From: Candidatus Zambryskiibacteriota bacterium
GTDB taxonomy: Bacteria > Patescibacteriota > Minisyncoccia > Phycocordibacterales > WO2-35-19
Direction: 5' to 3'
Assembly: GCA_016932555.1 (NCBI GenBank)
Contig: JAFGCQ010000016.1
Span: 1-57,943 of the forward strand
DNA: 57,943 nt
Below, in pieces: positions 53,052 to 57,943 of the stretch (the first letter of the stretch is position 1; each line of letters starts with the position of its first letter). The notes under the pieces are model-generated. The model saw nothing but the letters and a program-made list of their open reading frames with translations. It was not told the origin of the DNA and ran no database searches. A program made the translations under genes and the position numbers.

Positions 53052-53111
53052 TGTTTATTAGTATGCATCATATTGAAAATAGGGTCAATATATGAGAGAA
53101 TAGTTTTTCAC

Positions 53112-54245
53112 ATGCTAGAAAAGAAAAAAATATTATACATCATAACTAAAGGCAATTTCGGTGGTGCTCAACGATATGTTTATGACTTGACAACTAATTT
53201 GCCCAGAGACCAATTTGAGGCAATAGTAGTTTGCGGCCAAGGAGGATTGTTAATTGAAAAATTGAGAGATTCAAATATAAGAACAATAGAAATAGAATCA
53301 CTACAGAGAGATATAGATCTGAAAAGCGAATTTAAAGTCTTCAAAAAATTGCTAAAAATAATAAAAGTGGAGAAGCCCGACATCATACATTTAAACTCTT
53401 CAAAAATTGGCGGGCTTGGAGCTTTGGCTGGTAGATTGAAAAAAGTGCCAAAAATAATTTTTACCAGCCACGGCTGGGCCTTCAACGAAGAGAGGAGTGC
53501 GCTTCAAAAAATCGCAATATATTTTTTGCACTGGTTGACTATAATTTTGTGTCACAAAGTCATTGCTGTATCAGAAAAATCAAAGAAAGATGTAGCTTTT
53601 CTGCCTTTTATAAGCCATAAGATAGAGGTTGTTTATAATGGCATCAAGGCCTTGCCGCCAAAAGAGAAAATGAAAAGTGAAGAAGCCCGAGCTTTCTTGG
53701 CCGATACCGAAAGTCAAAAAACCGTCATCTACTCGATATCCGAACTGCACAGAAATAAGGGTCTGGATGTAGCTCTAAGAGCTTTGAATATATTACCCAA
53801 GGAAATCCAGGAACAGATAATTTATTGCATTGCTGGTAGCGGCAAAGAAAAAGAAAAATTGGAAAAATTGGCAGAAGAATTGGATCTTAAAAATATGTTG
53901 ATTTTTAAGGGTTTTGTGCCAGAAGCCAGAAAATTTTTACCGGGCGCTGACATTTTTCTCTTGTCCAGCCGCACCGAAAATTTTCCTTATGTTATTTTAG
54001 AGTCTGGTTTAGCCGGGCTACCTATAATCTCTACCTCTGTCGGCGGCGTACCTGAAATCATAAAGGATATGCAAAATGGTATTTTAGTTCATCCTCGAAA
54101 CCCCAAAGAAATTGCTGAGGCCATCAAATATCTTCTGGAGCACAAAAAACTTATGAGAGAACTCGGTAGAGAAATCAAAAGTACCGTTATTAACTTTTTC
54201 TCCCTAAAAAAAATGATGGATGAGACTATTCGGTTATACCAATAA
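53112..54245 (+). CDS. Glycosyltransferase family 4 (GT-B)
   Basis: The track starts at a TTG at 53073; the first ATG at 53112 gives 'MLEKKKILYIITKGNFGGAQRYV'. C-terminal 'SSRTENFPYVILESGLAGLPIISTSVGG'. Confidence 0.8.
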   Translation: MLEKKKILYIITKGNFGGAQRYVYDLTTNLPRDQFEAIVVCGQGGLLIEKLRDSNIRTIEIESLQRDIDLKSEFKVFKKLLKIIKVEKPDIIHLNSSKIGGLGALAGRLKKVPKIIFTSHGWAFNEERSALQKIAIYFLHWLTIILCHKVIAVSEKSKKDVAFLPFISHKIEVVYNGIKALPPKEKMKSEEARAFLADTESQKTVIYSISELHRNKGLDVALRALNILPKEIQEQIIYCIAGSGKEKEKLEKLAEELDLKNMLIFKGFVPEARKFLPGADIFLLSSRTENFPYVILESGLAGLPIISTSVGGVPEIIKDMQNGILVHPRNPKEIAEAIKYLLEHKKLMRELGREIKSTVINFFSLKKMMDETIRLYQ

Positions 54246-55380
54246 TTTCATTTTTAGCTTCTTCTCGATATGCTACTCTCGCATAAGAGCGTTGGCCCAT
54301 TAAAATACCAATCCCCAAAAATTCAGCCAGCATATGAGAGCCACCATAGCTCATAAAAGGCATTGTGATCCCGGTAACCGGTAAAAGACCAATGTTCATG
54401 CCAACGTGAATAATAAAATGGGACAAAAAAATAGAAAAAAGTCCCAGGCCATATAAAGTCTCAAAATTAGTCGCCCCCTTTTTAGCAATATCTGTAATAC
54501 GCCAGAAGATCAAACCGTAAAGTCCAAAGATAACCACTACTCCGACAAAACCCCATTCTTCACTAAAAGCAGCGAAAATAAAGTCGGTTTCGTATTCCGG
54601 CAAAAATTTTAATTTTGATTGACTACCAAGCCCTACACCCTTACCCAAGATCTGGCCAGAACCAACGGCAATAGTAGATTGGTAGGCATTATAACCACTG
54701 CCAGTAAGGTCAGTTAAAGGATTTATAAAAGAGATTATTCTAATCTTCTGATAATCTTGAAATACAAAAAACCATAAACAACTTAAAGCTATCATTCCTG
54801 AAAGGAATACTACAAGTAAATGCTTTTTGGAAATACCAGAAATCAAAACTATAAAAAGCCAGACCGCGAATATGATGATAGCTGAACCAAAGTCGGGCTG
54901 TAAAAAAACCAGTAAAAAAATAATAAAAGCGTAAAAACCTGAAATTAAGATGTGTCTAACATTGGCAATTTCTATATGTCTTCTAGAAAAATACTTAGCC
55001 AAAAGTATAACCAGAACCAATTTGGCAAAATCAACCGGTTGAAAAGTAAAAGCTCCAAAATTAAACCAACTTTGGGCTCCGTGAAAAATTGAGCCCGCGA
55101 TAAATAAAAACAAGAGTGAAAAACATGAGACTACAAAAATAGTAATGGTAGTATTACTACGTCTCAAAAATCGCCAGTCTACAATGCTAGCCAATAATAA
55201 AATTACTACTGAGATAGAAAGCCAGATTATTTGCCGAATGAATAGTATATCTCCGGCCTCCTTCTCACTCGGCAGAAAGGAATTCATAGTAAGAATCCCA
55301 GCTATAGATATAAAAATCAAAGCACCAAAAAGCAACCAATCCACGGAATAATTTATTTTCCTAAAAAGCTCGCTTATCAT
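54226..55380 (-). CDS. FtsW/RodA/SpoVE (SEDS) family peptidoglycan glycosyltransferase
   Basis: 384 aa, 10 TM. 'QPDFGSA', 'LPE..TDFIFAAFSEEWGFVG' and 'GLLPVTGITMPFMSYGGS'. Confidence 0.9.
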   Translation of the reverse strand: MISELFRKINYSVDWLLFGALIFISIAGILTMNSFLPSEKEAGDILFIRQIIWLSISVVILLLASIVDWRFLRRSNTTITIFVVSCFSLLFLFIAGSIFHGAQSWFNFGAFTFQPVDFAKLVLVILLAKYFSRRHIEIANVRHILISGFYAFIIFLLVFLQPDFGSAIIIFAVWLFIVLISGISKKHLLVVFLSGMIALSCLWFFVFQDYQKIRIISFINPLTDLTGSGYNAYQSTIAVGSGQILGKGVGLGSQSKLKFLPEYETDFIFAAFSEEWGFVGVVVIFGLYGLIFWRITDIAKKGATNFETLYGLGLFSIFLSHFIIHVGMNIGLLPVTGITMPFMSYGGSHMLAEFLGIGILMGQRSYARVAYREEAKNEIIGITE

Positions 55381-55386
55381 TTTATC

Positions 55387-56811
55387 CTATATTGAGTCGC
55401 CAAAAATTTTGTAAGTTATTTCTATTCTGGCCGGTATTTCCTTACATATGTCATAGGATATATCTTTATATATAATTTTCAAATTGTCTGCCGTCGGTGC
55501 AAAAAAATAATTACTTTCTTCAGAAGCGATTTTTTTTAAAAAAGATTCGTTTATATTATTCCCCAAACCAATAGTATATATAATTAAACCCTCTGTTTTA
55601 GCTTTTATTGCTTCTTCTAAAGCTAAGTTTTCCGCATATTTAATGTCATCTTCTTCAGTTTTACCTTCTGGATTTTGGGGATTATTAGCTATTCCATCAG
55701 TTAATAAAATGATTATTTTTGAATAATCATTATCAGCTTTTGCTGCAATCGCTAACCTAGCTTTATGAAGAGCATCGAATATGTTGGTATATTGGGTTCC
55801 ATTTGATTCAATTTTTATAGACTCTATTGCATCTCTAACTGAAACAAAATCAGAAATAATACCATTAGAAATATTGATGGCTTCAGTGGCAAAAGAAACT
55901 ACCCCCACCCCATCTTCAGGGCCTAGATTTAGGGTGAAGAAAGAAGCAGCTGTTTTAGCATCGGTTAAGGGTTGTGGAGGATTTTGCCCCAAGGCCGCCA
56001 TAGAACCTGACTTATCTAGAGCTAAGACTATATCAGAAGGTTTTTCACAAATCCGAAAGCCAAGATTAAAAGGTCTGGGCCAAGTAAATAAAATTTTTTG
56101 GCTTTGATTTTTCTTTAAGCTTTCTATAAACGTACGTGAAGCAGCTACCGCATTATCATAACCATCAAATATAGCGATTACTAATTCAATATTTTTTATT
56201 TCCTCTACGCCATTATTTTTAATATTAGCTTCAACCCTTGGCTCATCATCTAAATTCTCTAAAGAACCGTGAGTCATATCTAAATCATAAGTTTCTCCAT
56301 TTTCATCCCAGGAAATATTTTTACCTATTTCGAAAATTGCTTTTTGGGGTGAATGATTATTTTTGGTTAATATTGAGCCTTCAAATATTCCAACGGTTTT
56401 GGCTTTGGGTAATATTGTTGCTCCTTCTCTTTCTTCTAGAATTTGATTGTTTTCATCATAGAAAACAAACTTATAAGGTACATAAGTCGCATCTATGTTA
56501 ACATTTGGATTTTCTACATAAACTAAAGCGTTCCAAACTCCAGGAGATATTTCAAACATTCTAGGATCCCATCTTATAATCGGCTTCAAAACATCAGTAC
56601 TACAAATCACTGGACACGAACCGCCACAATCAATACCGGTTTCATCTCCATTTTGGACGCCATCAGAACAAGAAGGGGGACTGTACCAAAAATACCAAAA
56701 GATGCTATAAGTAATAGCAAATAAAACTAAAACAATACTGCTCAAAAAAATTGTTTTTCTTCTTGAAGCCCAAGAGCTAACTTCTCCAATTTGTACTTGC
56801 TCGAAATCCAT
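55387..56811 (-). CDS. Membrane-anchored von Willebrand factor A (VWA) domain protein
   Basis: 474 aa with an N-terminal TM helix. Cys-rich 'CSDGVQNGDETGIDCGGSCPVIC'. MIDAS motif 'VLALDKSGSM' and 'IILLTDGIAN'. Confidence 0.8.
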   Translation of the reverse strand: MDFEQVQIGEVSSWASRRKTIFLSSIVLVLFAITYSIFWYFWYSPPSCSDGVQNGDETGIDCGGSCPVICSTDVLKPIIRWDPRMFEISPGVWNALVYVENPNVNIDATYVPYKFVFYDENNQILEEREGATILPKAKTVGIFEGSILTKNNHSPQKAIFEIGKNISWDENGETYDLDMTHGSLENLDDEPRVEANIKNNGVEEIKNIELVIAIFDGYDNAVAASRTFIESLKKNQSQKILFTWPRPFNLGFRICEKPSDIVLALDKSGSMAALGQNPPQPLTDAKTAASFFTLNLGPEDGVGVVSFATEAINISNGIISDFVSVRDAIESIKIESNGTQYTNIFDALHKARLAIAAKADNDYSKIIILLTDGIANNPQNPEGKTEEDDIKYAENLALEEAIKAKTEGLIIYTIGLGNNINESFLKKIASEESNYFFAPTADNLKIIYKDISYDICKEIPARIEITYKIFGDSI

Positions 56812-56889
56812 CCTGTTAGAAATAGGAAATATTATTCCCGTAGATTAATTAATAATTACCGAAACCCCGCTATAGATTTGTAACGGGAT
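56810..56889 (-). promoter_or_regulatory. Second copy of the inverted-repeat leader element abutting a start codon
   Basis: The proximal arm 'atcctgttagaaat' (56810-56823) is identical to 48973-48986. The distal arm 'atttgtaacgggat' (56876-56889) matches 12/14. The loop is 52 nt, against 53 nt in the first copy. Confidence 0.5.
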
Positions 56890-56910
56890 CCATCCTTTTA
56901 ATTATATTAA

Positions 56911-56935
56911 AAAAAAGCCTAGCGCGAAAGCTAGG
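56911..56935 (-). terminator. Rho-independent terminator (duplicate of the 5S terminator), overlapping the stop of 56931..57302
   Basis: Minus strand reads 'CCTAGCtttcgcGCTAGGctttttt'. Confidence 0.6.
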
Positions 56936-56954
56936 GTAAAAATAGAGTAATTTG
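56911..56954. repeat. Direct repeat copy A (44/44 identical to 57340-57383), including a terminator hairpin
   Basis: 'aaaaaagcctagcgcgaaagctagggtaaaaatagagtaatttg' read at both places. Confidence 0.9.
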
Positions 56955-57302
56955 CATTAATATACCCGCCCCAAATATAAAGCCCATAAGACAAATAACG
57001 GCAATAACAGCAATCCATCCAATCCTAGATAATATTCGATATTTTTTTTGATAAATTATTTTTGGTTGTTGTTCTGTTATGTCACTTTGACTTCGCCGAA
57101 ACACAATCTTTCTGTCGATTAGACTCGCAATAAAGAGGACAAATCCTAAGAGTAACAGCAAAACACATAAATAAAGCATATTATCTCCAAAATTTGAACC
57201 AAAACCCAAAATCGGGAACCACCCAAGAAATAATATAGCGAACCCCACAACTAGCATTACTATACTAGTTGGTAACAAAAATTTATATACAGGATAGTTC
57301 AT
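56931..57302 (-). CDS. Small 4-TM membrane protein, unknown function
   Basis: 123-aa ORF with an ATG start. TATAAT lies 14 nt upstream. The last 7 codons plus the stop lie inside repeat copy A. Confidence 0.45.
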   Translation of the reverse strand: MNYPVYKFLLPTSIVMLVVGFAILFLGWFPILGFGSNFGDNMLYLCVLLLLLGFVLFIASLIDRKIVFRRSQSDITEQQPKIIYQKKYRILSRIGWIAVIAVICLMGFIFGAGILMQITLFLP

Positions 57303-57339
57303 ATGAAAATTCTTAAATTATAATTAACAATTATAAAAC

Positions 57340-57364
57340 AAAAAAGCCTAGCGCGAAAGCTAGG
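57340..57364 (-). terminator. Rho-independent terminator of the rRNA operon
   Basis: Minus strand reads 'CCTAGCtttcgcGCTAGGcttttttgtttt', immediately 3' of 5S. Confidence 0.65.
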
Positions 57365-57383
57365 GTAAAAATAGAGTAATTTG
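57340..57383. repeat. Direct repeat copy B (5S rRNA 3' flank: processing-stem arm plus terminator)
   Basis: Identical to 56911-56954. Confidence 0.9.
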
Positions 57384-57491
57384 TTTTGGCGCCTAGCTAC
57401 TCTCCCCTTTACGAGTACCATCGCCTCAACTAGGCTTAACTTCCGTGTTCGGAATGAGAACGGGTGTGACCCTAGCGACAAAGCACCAAAA
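57384..57491 (-). rRNA. rrf: 5S ribosomal RNA
   Basis: The reverse complement reads '..ttttggtgctttgtcgctagggtcacacccgttctcattCCGAACACGGAAGTTAAGCctagttgaggcGATGGTACTcgtaaagGGGAGAGTAGctaggcgccaaaa', with helix I closing the two ends. It is flanked by a 15-bp perfect inverted repeat (57369-57383 / 57492-57506). The ends are good to about +/-3 nt. Confidence 0.9.
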
Positions 57492-57579
57492 CAAATTACT
57501 CTATTTGAAGCCTTATGTAGCAGGATGAAGTACTTGTACCGCATAGCTCACAAAATGAGCAACGTGGTAGGTTTTCAAA

Positions 57580-57943
<364 letters not shown>

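Overview
AT-rich, gene-dense window, almost entirely minus-strand. It looks like a small-genome Patescibacteria/CPR-type bacterium (inference from gene content and composition). The standard genetic code applies, since TGA is used as a stop. Left end (0-12 kb): a RAYT/IS200-like Y1 transposase, gatB, a compositionally aberrant GC-rich secreted protein, a glycogen trio (GH15, GH57, glycogen-synthase-like GT), AI-2E and DedA membrane proteins, and secA. Centre (12.6-46 kb): a ~33-kb envelope-glycan island, with genes mostly chained by 1-8 nt overlaps. It holds 6 GT4, 2 GT2, 3 candidate GT-C/ArnT-like membrane proteins, an O-antigen-ligase::TPR fusion, 2 DegT aminotransferases, 2 SDR epimerase/dehydratases, a short UDP-Glc-dehydrogenase-like protein, 5 SAM methyltransferases, a GNAT, three kinds of flippase candidates and a ferredoxin. 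Most notably it holds four paralogous B12-domain (class B) radical SAM enzymes, two of them in a repeated GT2 - rSAM - GT-C arrangement. This island is my best candidate for an undescribed system. Right end (46-58 kb): an orphan VirD4/TrwB-like ATPase, a DUF4015-like glycoside hydrolase, secDF, an initiating sugar-phosphate transferase, a GT4, a SEDS protein, a VWA protein, a small membrane protein, 5S rRNA and the 3' end of 23S rRNA. Non-coding and odd signals: (1) a ~40-nt sequence shared in-frame by gatB and secA; (2) a conserved inverted-repeat leader abutting the ATG of two exported-protein genes; (3) a GC-rich nested palindromic element upstream of secD; (4) a candidate sRNA in the 650-bp secA-upstream gap; (5) a strong-SD 19-codon sORF plus terminator; (6) a perfect 44-bp direct repeat bracketing the gene next to 5S; (7) recurrent '-10 hexamer + 6 nt + start codon' geometry suggesting leaderless mRNAs. 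I saw no CRISPR array, tRNA, reverse transcriptase or recognisable defence genes. All family calls come from motif recognition by eye, not from database searches.
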